Assembly: GCA_963744145.1 (NCBI GenBank)
Contig: CAVUSO010000001.1
Location: 6,400,001 to 6,464,000, forward strand
DNA: 64,000 nt
Direction: 5' to 3'
Origin: an uncultured cyanobacterium
GTDB taxonomy: Bacteria > Cyanobacteriota > Cyanobacteriia > Cyanobacteriales > CAWUOF01
Every line of letters begins with the position of its first letter. Position 1 is the stretch's first letter. Position numbers and translations under genes: made by a program. Of this stretch, positions 39,696 through 53,601 are shown piece by piece. The notes beneath the pieces are model-generated. The model saw only the letters and a program-made list of their open reading frames with translations, had not been told where the DNA came from and did not search any database.

Positions 39696-42600
39696 ATGAT
39701 CCGGAAAGCGTTAGTAGTGGGCATCAATCGATATCCTTATCTCAAACAACATTTGGGATACGCTGCAAGGGATGCAGAGGAAATTGCCCGTCTCCTCAGA
39801 AAGCACGGTGATTTTGAGGTGACATTGCTACCTGAAATCTGTAAAGGGGCTAATCAGATTGACGAAAATGGGACGGTGAAAAGGGAAACTCTCGAAAAAG
39901 AAATCTATCAATTATTTAAACCTGGTGATGATTATCCAGATACAGCATTATTGTTTTTTGCGGGACATGGGTTACAAAAACCTTTACTGGGCAATAAATT
40001 CAAGGGATATTTAGCTCCTAGCGATGTCAATCCAGAGCGAGGAAAATGGGGTATTTCTTTTGAATGGCTGTTTGAGCAATTAACTGACAGTCCATCACCC
40101 AATCAGATTGTTTGGTTAGACTGTTGTCATAGTGGAGAATTTACTAATCTCACGTTTGATCAGGCAAATCCCCAAAATCGGGGTCGGGAAAATGTAAATC
40201 GTTTGTTTATTGCAGCTTGTCGCAAGTTCCAGGAAGCAATAGGAGTTGAAGGTCATGGTTTACTGATATCTCTACTGTTACGGGGATTGCGTGTTGAACA
40301 AAATCCGCCGGGAAAATGGATTAATAGTAAAAATTTAGATGCTTTTATTAATGACGAACTGCGAAATACTAACTTTACTCAGCGATTTCGTACCAATACC
40401 ATAGGAGAACCGATTAATTTTTGGCCAACTTTAGGTGCGGTTGAACAGCAAACCGCGATCGCAGTTACTCCTAGTCAAGCACCTGCTAAAGAAAAAAAGG
40501 TGGTGGGGATCGAAACAATGCAATCCGTTCCTGTGTGGGTGGGACGGGATGAACTGCTAAAGCAACTCAGTGCTAAGTTACTGATTGCGGGTACAGAAAG
40601 AAATAATAGTAGCAATCTGCCAAAAGTGTTGGTTTTAGTAGGACAGGGAGGTATTGGGAAAAGTAGTTTAGCAGTTAAGTTATTGGAAGCAGTAGGAGTA
40701 AATTTAGCTACTGCGACTTTAGTTAATTCTAGTCCTTACTATCGCATTATTTGTTTTCGGGCAGAAGCAGGAAATAGTTTTGATGAAGTTGCCAAAGCAA
40801 TTTTAGATGGATTGGGCATAGAAGTGGATGCAAAAGCTGAGGCTACCCAAAAAATCCGGCAAATATTAGCGGGGCTGACGCAAGAACAGTGTTTGTTATT
40901 ACTGGATAATTTAGAGGTAATTTTGCATCCTGCTAGTCATCCCCAAGTTGGACGCGCTATTGCTCCAGATTGGGGTAAATTGCTCCATGCTTTAGCTGTA
41001 AATAACCATTGCTCTCAAATCATTCTTACCAGTCGAGAAGTACCAGCAGATTTGGGAGAGGGGCAATCGACCGGGGTAGTATTTGATAGTGTTTTAGTAC
41101 ATATAGAAACATTACTGGGAGTAGATGTTGATGCAGGAATAGAAATTTTGCGGCAGCGCCAACTACGAGATAGCGAAGAGGATTTGCGCTGGGTAACAGA
41201 AAGGGTTGGAGGTCATGCTTTTTTATTAACACAATTAGCAAATTTGGGGAAAGATAAACCAGGATATCTGCGTCAACACCCGGAATTAGTAACGGAAAGA
41301 GCAGAACCAATTCTAAAAGCGCAATTAGCAAGGCAGCACAATGAAGCAAAGGATTTACTGCGGCGGATGTGTGTGTTGCGAGTGGGGATTAATATTCGCG
41401 GTTTGACATCTCTGCGGTTATACACAGGCAAAAAAGATTTCTGGGATTTATCCATCTCAAATTTATTTAGAAAACCTGTTTGTAAGCAACCCCATCAATT
41501 AACCGATGGAGAAATTCAGCAAACTAAGTTAATTGTCAATCGATTGGTAGAAAGTAGCTTAGTTCAAAGTCGCTATGATGAACAATCTGGAGAATATTTA
41601 TACAGCATACATCGTTTAATTGTAGAATTTTTACAAGCAGAATACCAGGATGATATTCCTCAATTATTGAAAAGTGTTTATGCTTTTTACCAAAATGAAA
41701 AAAAGGTAAAAGATCCTCAAAATTTAGAAGATTTGCAGCCAGTTTTAGAAGCGCAATATTTTGCTTTTCAGTTAGGAAATTATCCAGAAGCATATAATTT
41801 ATTAACAAAAAATATAGATCAATATTTAATTTACTGGGGAAATTGGAATTTATTAAAAGATTTATACGAGCAAATTTTACCTTACGTTAAGGATAGTGCT
41901 GATCGTCGATTCTGTTTGATAAGCATAGGAGTAATTTATCGAGACTGGGGCAATTGGAATGAGGCTGAAAAATATTTTCGAGATGCTTTAGCTAGCGCCC
42001 AAGAGGAAAACAGCAAAAGTGGGATGGCAAACTCTTGGGGATTTTTGGGAGATATCGAGAGGAAGCGAGGGAACTGGGATGCCGCCGAACGCCTCTTTCG
42101 CCAGTGTTTAGAAGTAGAGACAGAATTGGGCGATCGCTCTGGGATGGCATACTCTTGGGGACAGTTGGGAAATATCGAGAAGAACCGAGGGAACTGGAAT
42201 GCCGCCGAACTCCTCTATCGCCAATGTTTAGAAGTAATGACAGAATTGGGTGAGCGCTCTGGGATGGCATCCTCTTGGGGAGTGTTGGGAGATATCGAGC
42301 GAATGCGGGGTAATTTGGATGCTGCGGAACAACTCAAACGGCAGTCTTTTCAACTAAGACAAGAATTAGGCGATCGTGAAGGTATGGCAAGCTCTTTAGG
42401 TGCTTGGGGAGATATTGAGAAAGACCGAGGGAACTGGGATGCCGCAGAACGCCTCTATCGCCAATCTTTAGAACTGAGGACAGAATTGGGTGATCAGGAA
42501 GGTATTGCTGCATCAATAGGTTGTTTAGGAGAAAATGAACTAGGTAAAGGCAATTTAGATGAAGCCGAAAAATTATTAAAAGCAGCTTTGGCAAAAATGC

Positions 42601-42797
42601 AAGAATTGGGAATGACTTATCATATTGCTGAAACTAACTACGATCTAGCTCAACTTGAACGACGGCGCGGTAATCCTGAACTTGCTCAACGACATTACGA
42701 TACAGCCCACCAAATCTTTCAGCAATTGGGAGCAGCTAAAGAGTTAGAGAGAATTGAACAAGAGTGGGCTATTTCTGATGAAATAAAAGAGATATAA
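39696..42797 (+). CDS. Caspase-like peptidase + NB-ARC-type NTPase + TPR protein (NLR-like)
   Basis: RKALVVGINRY, FAGHG, LDCCHSG; Walker A GQGGIGKS, Walker B LLLLDNLE, ILTSRE, HRLIVEF; 40-aa TPR array. Confidence 0.9.
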   Translation: MIRKALVVGINRYPYLKQHLGYAARDAEEIARLLRKHGDFEVTLLPEICKGANQIDENGTVKRETLEKEIYQLFKPGDDYPDTALLFFAGHGLQKPLLGNKFKGYLAPSDVNPERGKWGISFEWLFEQLTDSPSPNQIVWLDCCHSGEFTNLTFDQANPQNRGRENVNRLFIAACRKFQEAIGVEGHGLLISLLLRGLRVEQNPPGKWINSKNLDAFINDELRNTNFTQRFRTNTIGEPINFWPTLGAVEQQTAIAVTPSQAPAKEKKVVGIETMQSVPVWVGRDELLKQLSAKLLIAGTERNNSSNLPKVLVLVGQGGIGKSSLAVKLLEAVGVNLATATLVNSSPYYRIICFRAEAGNSFDEVAKAILDGLGIEVDAKAEATQKIRQILAGLTQEQCLLLLDNLEVILHPASHPQVGRAIAPDWGKLLHALAVNNHCSQIILTSREVPADLGEGQSTGVVFDSVLVHIETLLGVDVDAGIEILRQRQLRDSEEDLRWVTERVGGHAFLLTQLANLGKDKPGYLRQHPELVTERAEPILKAQLARQHNEAKDLLRRMCVLRVGINIRGLTSLRLYTGKKDFWDLSISNLFRKPVCKQPHQLTDGEIQQTKLIVNRLVESSLVQSRYDEQSGEYLYSIHRLIVEFLQAEYQDDIPQLLKSVYAFYQNEKKVKDPQNLEDLQPVLEAQYFAFQLGNYPEAYNLLTKNIDQYLIYWGNWNLLKDLYEQILPYVKDSADRRFCLISIGVIYRDWGNWNEAEKYFRDALASAQEENSKSGMANSWGFLGDIERKRGNWDAAERLFRQCLEVETELGDRSGMAYSWGQLGNIEKNRGNWNAAELLYRQCLEVMTELGERSGMASSWGVLGDIERMRGNLDAAEQLKRQSFQLRQELGDREGMASSLGAWGDIEKDRGNWDAAERLYRQSLELRTELGDQEGIAASIGCLGENELGKGNLDEAEKLLKAALAKMQELGMTYHIAETNYDLAQLERRRGNPELAQRHYDTAHQIFQQLGAAKELERIEQEWAISDEIKEI
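42021..42500 (+). repeat. Four tandem 120-bp TPR-coding repeats
   Basis: GG(G/T)ATGGCA unit starts at 42021, 42141, 42261 and 42381. Confidence 0.9.
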
Positions 42798-42799
42798 TT

Positions 42800-42919
42800 C
42801 AATACAATTCAGTTAACTGTAGGGGCGAAGCATTCGGGCGATCATTTATTGCTCAAATCCGTTAATATTATATCCGAATGCTTCGCCCTTCTTCGCCGAT
42901 ATCTCCCTGAACCGTATTG
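42800..42919. mobile_element. 120-bp MITE with 10-bp TSD at the caspase-gene stop
   Basis: Ends CAATACAATTCAGTTAA / CTGAACCGTATTG; TSD AGATATAATT at 42790-42799 and 42920-42929. Confidence 0.88.
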
Positions 42920-43096
42920 AGATATAATTGAGCGAAAAGACCAAGTATATTTAGTGGGTAATGGTCGAGAGAGATATTTCTTATTTCAGGGTGCGTTTGT
43001 AGAGGAAGGCGATCGCATAAGAGGATCTTCTATTTTGGGGATGAGCCGATTTGATTTAGACTTATTTAATTCCCAAGATAGAGCTTGACCATAAAT

Positions 43097-43226
43097 CAAT
43101 ACGGTTCAGTCACCATCTTTTTTGGGAGATCTCGGCAAAGAAGGGCGAAGCATTCGGATATAGTATTACTGGTTTGATTGTTCAATTGTCGCCCGAATGC
43201 TTCGCCCCTACAATTAACTGAACTTG
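43097..43226. mobile_element. MITE copy, inverted and with a damaged end
   Basis: CAATACGGTTCAGT...GGGCGAAGCATTCGG...CCGAATGCTTCGCCCCTAC-AATTAACTGAAC. Confidence 0.75.
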
Positions 43227-43324
43227 CCCCAATTTGACCGAGAAAGTGTAAACAATATAATCCTTTCCAACTGTTGCGAGGAAATTCGGTTTCTTTTTTG
43301 TAACCTCGTCTTGGATCGAGGTAG

Positions 43325-43425
43325 CGATCGCGTCTTCAGCAACGGTTACAAGAAAATGCTGAAGTAGTCGGAACTGGTGAGATGTTTTTTGAAGATGATT
43401 CTTCCCAGGTACTTCTCAACCTCCT
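43325..43425 (+). pseudogene. Possible fragment of an SNF2/helicase-related gene
   Basis: RSRLQQRLQENAEVVGTGEMFFEDD resembles a segment I recall from large helicase-related proteins; begins at a HIP1 site. Confidence 0.35.
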
Positions 43426-43532
43426 TCAGCTTTACAGCCTGAAGATGTGCTATTATCTATGAAAACCAAAGAGCAGAACTAATCACAGTAACCACAGATA
43501 ATTTGTTCGTTAGGTTGATTTCAGGAGGAATT

Positions 43533-44096
43533 ATGATAGTTCAATCATCTCAGAAAATTTCATTACAAGAGTTTTTGTCATTGCCAGAAACTGAACCTGC
43601 TAGCGATTATATTGACGGAGATATTTATCAAAAACCTATGCCCCAAGGAAAACATAGTGTAATACAGACTGATTTATCAGCTACTATAAATCAAATTGGA
43701 AGACCTCAAAAATTAGCTCTTGCTTTTACAGAATTACGCTGTACTTTTGGTGGTGGTTCAGTTGTGCCCGATGTGACAGTATTTGAATGGTCACGTATTC
43801 CTAAAGATCAGAAAGGACGAATTACCGATCGCTTTGAAATTGCGCCGGATTGGACAATTGAAATTCTCTCTCCTGAACAATCTGCTAGTCGGGTAATTAA
43901 GAAAATTACTTTTTGTTTAAATCATGGTACAAAATTAGGTTGGTTTATGAATCCTGCTGATGAATCTGTGACAATTTTTGAACGCGATCGCTCTCTGGTT
44001 GTTAAATCAGGTGATGAAATTTTAACAGGATTAGATGTATTAGGTGATTGGCAAGTTTCAGTGAATAGTTTATTTCAATGTCTCTATTTAACTTAA
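43533..44096 (+). CDS. Uma2-family endonuclease-like protein
   Basis: FLSLPETEPASDYIDG, ELRCTFGG, VPDV, APDWTIEILSP; GGAGG RBS before ATG 43533. Confidence 0.9.
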   Translation: MIVQSSQKISLQEFLSLPETEPASDYIDGDIYQKPMPQGKHSVIQTDLSATINQIGRPQKLALAFTELRCTFGGGSVVPDVTVFEWSRIPKDQKGRITDRFEIAPDWTIEILSPEQSASRVIKKITFCLNHGTKLGWFMNPADESVTIFERDRSLVVKSGDEILTGLDVLGDWQVSVNSLFQCLYLT

Positions 44097-44111
44097 TCAG
44101 AGGTACTAAAT

Positions 44112-44678
44112 ATGGTATTATCAATCAATAAATCACAGATATCTTTAGCTGAGTTTTTGCAATTGCCAGAAACCGAACCCGCTAGCGATTACATTGATGG
44201 AGATATTTATCAAAAACCTATGCCTCAAGGAGAACACAGTATAATCCAAGGTGAGCTAGTATCAGCTATTAATCAGATAGCTAAACCGCAAAAATTAGCT
44301 TATGCCTTTCCTGAATTACGCTGTACTTTTGGGGGTAGTTCAGTTGTGCCCGATGTGACAGTATTTGAATGGTCGCGTATTCCTCGTTTAGCTAATGGTA
44401 GAACAGTTAATCGTTTTGAAATTGCCCCAGATTGGACAATTGAAATTCTCTCTCCTGAACAATCTGCTAGTCGGGTAATTAAGAAAATTACTTTTTGTTT
44501 AAATCATGGTACAAAATTAGGTTGGTTTATGAATCCTGATGATGAATCTGTGATAGTTTTTGAACGCGATCGCCATCCGATTGTTAAATCAGGTGATGAA
44601 ATTTTAACAGGATTAGATGTATTAGGTGATTGGCAAGTTGCAGTGAATAGTTTATTTCAATGTCTATATTTAACTTAA
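44112..44678 (+). CDS. Uma2-family endonuclease-like protein, tandem paralogue
   Basis: Same motifs; long stretches identical to 43533-44096; GAGG RBS. Confidence 0.9.
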   Translation: MVLSINKSQISLAEFLQLPETEPASDYIDGDIYQKPMPQGEHSIIQGELVSAINQIAKPQKLAYAFPELRCTFGGSSVVPDVTVFEWSRIPRLANGRTVNRFEIAPDWTIEILSPEQSASRVIKKITFCLNHGTKLGWFMNPDDESVIVFERDRHPIVKSGDEILTGLDVLGDWQVAVNSLFQCLYLT

Positions 44679-44690
44679 TCATTTATATTT

Positions 44691-44827
44691 TAATCCAGTT
44701 CAGTTAATCGTAGGGGTGAAGCATCTCTGGCGATAATTTATAACTTAAATTTTACCAGGGTAAATGTTTGGGCTATAATTTATTCGCCAAAATGCTCTTT
44801 GCCCCTACAGTTAACTGAATCGTAATA
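44691..44827. mobile_element. Degenerate MITE copy
   Basis: TAATCCAGTTCAGTTAA-TCGTAGGGG...GCCCCTACAG-TTAACTGAATCGTAATA. Confidence 0.6.
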
Positions 44828-45027
44828 ATGTACTCAAACCATAGCTGCGATCGCCAAAACCATCCGACCAGAGTTCTCCCGGATTTATGGTTATAAGTAA
44901 GACTTATATTGTCTGAAAAGCAAGCATTTCCGCCCTCATTAACCAAAAGATTTGGATCTCAAGATACTTTTTGACCATAGATCCGGGAGAACCCATTTCC
45001 CCAAATAAAGATAAAAAAATCAACAGC

Positions 45028-45064
45028 TCAAAGCCCCTCCATAATAAAATGAAGGGGCTTTGAG
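45028..45064 (-). terminator. rRNA operon terminator
   Basis: CTCAAAGCCCCT...AGGGGCTTTGAG hairpin just downstream of 5S, followed by T-rich sequence on the minus strand. Confidence 0.7.
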
Positions 45065-45075
45065 TGAAATAATAA

Positions 45076-45193
45076 CCTGGCACCGAGCTATTTTCCCAGG
45101 CAGCAACCCGCCAAGTATCTTCGCCGCAGCAGCGTTTCACAACTGAGTTCGGGATGGGGTCAGAGTGGGACCACTGCGCCAACAGCACCAGGA
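45076..45193 (-). rRNA. rrf: 5S rRNA
   Basis: TCCTGGTG...CCCATCCCGAACTCAGTTGTGAAACGC...GTGCCAGG. Confidence 0.96.
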
Positions 45194-45275
45194 AAGCTGT
45201 AGGACTCAGATAACAGAGACCTGAAGACTGCATAAAAAACAAGTCAAGAAGCGACATCGAAACCAAAAATAGATA

Positions 45276-48153
<2,878 letters not shown>

Positions 48154-48449
48154 ACTTTCGTTCAAACTTTTTTGGCTTGTTTTTTTTGCTTAGTAAGAAA
48201 TTGCTGTGGTTTCTTCTTCAGAAACTTCACTTTCTCACCTGCTTTCTGACTTGTTTTTATGCAGTTTTCAAGGTTCTGGCTGGGAAAGAGCCCCAGCAGT
48301 TTGCTACTAAAAGAGCAACTTTGCTGAGTTCTGATTAACCGAACCAAAATATAGTTTGAAAGTTTTTCGCCAAATCTCGCACGACCTAGGATGACCTCAT
48401 CTCGACCTTGATACTTTTTTTCGGTCTGAAATGGGTTAGGTCTCCTTGT
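48154..48449 (-). other. 16S-23S ITS without tRNA genes
   Basis: D1-D1' helix GACCT...AGGTC, CTTTCAAACTAT, Box B CAGCA...TGCTG, Box A GAACCTTGAAAA; no cloverleaf. Confidence 0.85.
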
Positions 48450-49940
<1,491 letters not shown>

Positions 49941-50681
49941 GTGGTTTGAGTCTTTTCGGCTCTTTTTTTGATGACTCTAAACTTTTTAAGGTTCAGAATC
50001 CTCGATTTTATTTTTTGCTTTTTTGATTTGGGGATTTTCCCCTCATCTCATTGCTTTTAACGAGGATTTGGCTTATAATTACTTTCAAACTATTCTTTTG
50101 TCTAGGTTCGGTGCGCCTTGACTGCCTTGGCTTGCGCTTTGGCTTTGTTTTCGACGCTTTACTAACTTAACAAGACTTTTTTGATTGCGAAAGGGGGGTA
50201 AACCGTAATTTTTGTGGTGTAGTTACCCTACTTGCTATTTTGAATGTAATATGGTATAAGCATTCGCCGATCGGCATAGTGCCTGGGCAATAGGGATAAT
50301 TCCTACACAGGCTATATAAGACATTGGTACTGGAAAGATTAGTTACTGTTTGGCGATCGCACCTCTAATCACCGATGATGTGGCGCAAATGTGGTAGGGG
50401 CGGGCCATACGCTCCTACTGGTGGTCTAGATGATAAAAGCTTGTTTAGCCGATCGCCGATTGGTTTTGAGACAGATATTGATAATTCTCTATATATTCAG
50501 AGCTGAATCCTGAAGAACTTTCTATTTATAATTTTGACAAAGATGTTCATAGTTAATTGCTCACAGCTCAGGTAAATAATGCTATGAACTATCAACTATA
50601 AACAATCTCCTGATATTTCAATTACCCAAACTTAACCAGGAATACATGGTCTGGTTAGATGCTATTAAAGATGTTTTTAAC

Positions 50682-52163
50682 CTAACTTTCGGGAGATCGA
50701 ATATAATCATAAACATCCAAATATTGCTTACCAGGATGATTCCAAGAGTAATCAGATGTCATCCCCTGAATCACAAGTTTTTGGAATTTTTCGGTGGAAC
50801 TATACCACAATGCGATCGCGCGATTGATGGCAGATTCTAGAGCCGGATAGTCGGTCTGATAAAATACATAACCATTCCGCTCTTCCACTGGATGAGATTG
50901 GTCATAATCCAGGTCAAACACGGTATTGACAAGACCGCCAACACCCCGCACAATCGGCACAGTGCCATATCGTAAACCAATCATCTGAGTTAAACCACAG
51001 GGTTCATAATTGCTAGGAACAACAATCATATCAGCACCGGCATAAATCAGGTGAGATAATTCTTCATTAAAGCCAAGTTCTAGATGACAATCTGGATTAT
51101 TATTGAGGTAATTTTTTTCATGCCAAAACCGAGAATTGATTTGAGGTTCGGTTGCTGATCCTAATAAAACAAACTGCGCTCCATGAGAGAGGGAGTAATA
51201 AATAGCATGATGAACTAGATCAACTCCTTTTTGTGCATCTAGCCGACCGATATAGCAAATAATTGGCTGATCAACTTCGCGGAGTAAAAGTCTTTCACGT
51301 AGTGCTTTTTTATTCTTGGTTTTTTCCTTGAGATTCTCTTTACTGTAGTGATAAGTCAGATAGGGATCAAGTTCCGGATTCCACACTTGATAATCAATCC
51401 CATTCAGAATACCAAGGAATTTATGCTGGGATATATGTAGAGTATGACCCAGCCCATAGCCAATGTCGGTGTGACGTGCTTCCCAAGCATGATGGGGTGA
51501 AACAGTAGTAATAAAATTGGAATAAATGATACCCCCTTTCATAAAATTTATGACAAAGGGGTTAAAGTTGTCTTGGAGGCGATCATATTGGAAATAGTAG
51601 CCTTCATTATTGAGCCCTGTTGCCCAGAGAACATCTACACCAGCAATTCCTTGATGTTTGAAATTATGAATAGTGTAGCAAACTCGCTGATGTGGCATCC
51701 CATGATATTTATACATTTCAAAGAGCAAAACTGGAATTAAACCAGTTTGCCAATCATGACAATGGATAATATTGGGACGCTTGTTAGTTTTGAGTAAAAA
51801 TTCTAAGGCAGCTTTGCTAAAAAAGGCAAAGCGCATATTATCGTCCATACAACCATAATAACAGCCTCGGTTAAAGAAGTTATCTGGGGAGTGAGGTTGA
51901 ATAAAGAAACATAGCCTTCCATGTACCCAACCACAAAATACAGAACAGTGAATCGCACTATCATACCAGGGCACCCACAGATCTCGATAAGCTTCGTGGA
52001 GTCCCCAGATATGGTCATAACGCATACAATCATACATTGGTAGAATAATCTCCACCGTATTACCCCGAACTTCTAACTCCTTACTTAACCCATACACCAC
52101 ATCACCCAAACCCCCAGCTTTGATCACTGGGGCACATTCTGAGGCAATTTGTACGATATACAT
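50682..52163 (-). CDS. glgA: Glycogen synthase
   Basis: SECAPVIKAGGLGDVV, IHCHDWQTG, GRLDAQKG, PSNYEPCGLTQ. Confidence 0.96.
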   Translation of the reverse strand: MYIVQIASECAPVIKAGGLGDVVYGLSKELEVRGNTVEIILPMYDCMRYDHIWGLHEAYRDLWVPWYDSAIHCSVFCGWVHGRLCFFIQPHSPDNFFNRGCYYGCMDDNMRFAFFSKAALEFLLKTNKRPNIIHCHDWQTGLIPVLLFEMYKYHGMPHQRVCYTIHNFKHQGIAGVDVLWATGLNNEGYYFQYDRLQDNFNPFVINFMKGGIIYSNFITTVSPHHAWEARHTDIGYGLGHTLHISQHKFLGILNGIDYQVWNPELDPYLTYHYSKENLKEKTKNKKALRERLLLREVDQPIICYIGRLDAQKGVDLVHHAIYYSLSHGAQFVLLGSATEPQINSRFWHEKNYLNNNPDCHLELGFNEELSHLIYAGADMIVVPSNYEPCGLTQMIGLRYGTVPIVRGVGGLVNTVFDLDYDQSHPVEERNGYVFYQTDYPALESAINRAIALWYSSTEKFQKLVIQGMTSDYSWNHPGKQYLDVYDYIRSPES

Positions 52164-52195
52164 CTCTAATCCCTGCTTAACAAAAATTTATTGTT

Positions 52196-52226
52196 CCCTG
52201 CTTTCATTGAATACAGGAAAGCAGGG
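52196..52226. promoter_or_regulatory. 10-bp-stem hairpin upstream of glgA
   Basis: CCCTGCTTTC...GAAAGCAGGG; an extra CCCTGCTT copy at 52171-52178 next to the start codon. Confidence 0.45.
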
Positions 52227-52542
52227 CTTTTTGGCAAGTAAGTGGCCAGAGATTCATTAAAATAGATCGAACAGCTAATTACAAGTCGGAGTGTGATCAG
52301 TGTGACAATTAGTATGATTGGAGCGTAATCACATCAATATACTTGGAAGTGGAGAGCAAACTATCATTTTTGCCCAGGGTTTTGGGTCAGATCAAACTGC
52401 ATGGAGACATCTGGTAGCAGCTTTTGTTGATCGGCTTGGATGCTCTATATTGGGATGGGAGGTCATCCTTAAGTAATAAAATCAATTAATTCTGAAAAAG
52501 CCTAGTTTTTGAACAGATCAATTTTGCCAGAGAATTGTAATT

Positions 52543-52746
52543 ATGAAAACTTTACTAGGTAGTAAGAAAAAAGGATTTTGGCAAAGAGCAGGTGAATTAG
52601 TTAAGGGTACATTAATGCCCTGGACATACTCAGCAGATATCCAACGTGATAATATGCAGAAGATGATTTGCCATCAACAATATTTCCAAGAAAAACAATT
52701 AGGATTTCAAACACAGGTAGAAGAACGCTACCTTAGATTATTATAG
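52543..52746 (+). CDS. Short hypothetical ORF, possibly a truncated remnant
   Basis: 67-aa ORF with protein-like composition; no recognisable motif. Confidence 0.3.
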   Translation: MKTLLGSKKKGFWQRAGELVKGTLMPWTYSADIQRDNMQKMICHQQYFQEKQLGFQTQVEERYLRLL

Positions 52747-52761
52747 CAGTTTAGTGACGCA

Positions 52762-52833
52762 GTTAGAGCAGGGATGGATGATTATCTAACTAAAGCCATT
52801 CGTGTCGAGGACTTAATTACCGTACTGCATTAA
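52762..52833 (+). pseudogene. Receiver-domain C-terminal remnant
   Basis: RAGMDDYLTKAIRVEDLITVLH* matches the AGMDDYLTKP..L REC signature. Confidence 0.55.
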
Positions 52834-53002
52834 TGTCAGATCATTAATATTGAGCGATGAAGACGCTCTAATAATCTATTTTTTCTCTAACTTAACCCGA
52901 TGGTAGTTTAGTCAGATAAACTCCGGTAATTAGATATAAATTTAGTACAATAATAGACTCGATTATTTTGACAATTTTACCAACAATTTAGATTTTTTAA
53001 TC

Positions 53003-53031
53003 TTGACATCCAGAATATATCTTGCTAAGAT
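53003..53031 (+). promoter_or_regulatory. Sigma70-type promoter of the Met/Cys-rich gene
   Basis: TTGACA, 17 bp ending TGC, TAAGAT; palindrome GAACAG-n7-CTGTTC at 53082-53100 downstream. Confidence 0.55.
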
Positions 53032-53145
53032 AATAGTGGAAATCGCTCAGGATATCCCAAGCTAAATTTCCACCAAATAACGAACAGGATTGATCTGTTC
53101 AGGAAAACCACTTACTTATTTTTCTCAAAATCAGGAGTTAAGACC

Positions 53146-53526
53146 ATGATGATGATGATGACTAACCTCACCAAACCAATGAGCAAAGAAATGCAAGACT
53201 GCATGAATGCTTGTATGGAATGTTACAAAATGTGTATGGAATCCATGACTTACTGTATGCAAATGGGCGGTAAGTGTATGGAAGGCTCAATGATGGGGAT
53301 GATGCGCGACTGTGCAGAAATGTGTCAAATGTGCATGAATATGATGATGTGTGGTTCCGAGTTCATGGGACGCACCTTTGAATTATGTGCAGATATGTGT
53401 ATGCGCTGTGCTGAATCTTGCGAGATGATGGCTGATGATGAAATGATGATGAAGTTTGCCAAAAGCTATCGTAATTGTGCCGATTCCTGCAAGAAAATGT
53501 CCATGATGATGATGAAAAATGCCTAG
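53146..53526 (+). CDS. Four-helix-bundle Cys-rich metal-binding protein (DUF326 / copper storage protein-like), very Met-rich
   Basis: Repeated CxxxC and CxxC motifs, DCAEMC; AGGAG RBS. Confidence 0.85.
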   Translation: MMMMMTNLTKPMSKEMQDCMNACMECYKMCMESMTYCMQMGGKCMEGSMMGMMRDCAEMCQMCMNMMMCGSEFMGRTFELCADMCMRCAESCEMMADDEMMMKFAKSYRNCADSCKKMSMMMMKNA

Positions 53527-53601
53527 GTTATTTCCAGGTTGATTGCTCTCTCGTCGTTCATCAATAGTCAAATTCCGCAGAGATAAATCTGCAACCTCAT
53601 C

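Noticed and set aside
45216..45252. Inverted repeat with the ITS Box A region near 48240-48277
   Set aside because: Ordinary 23S processing stem
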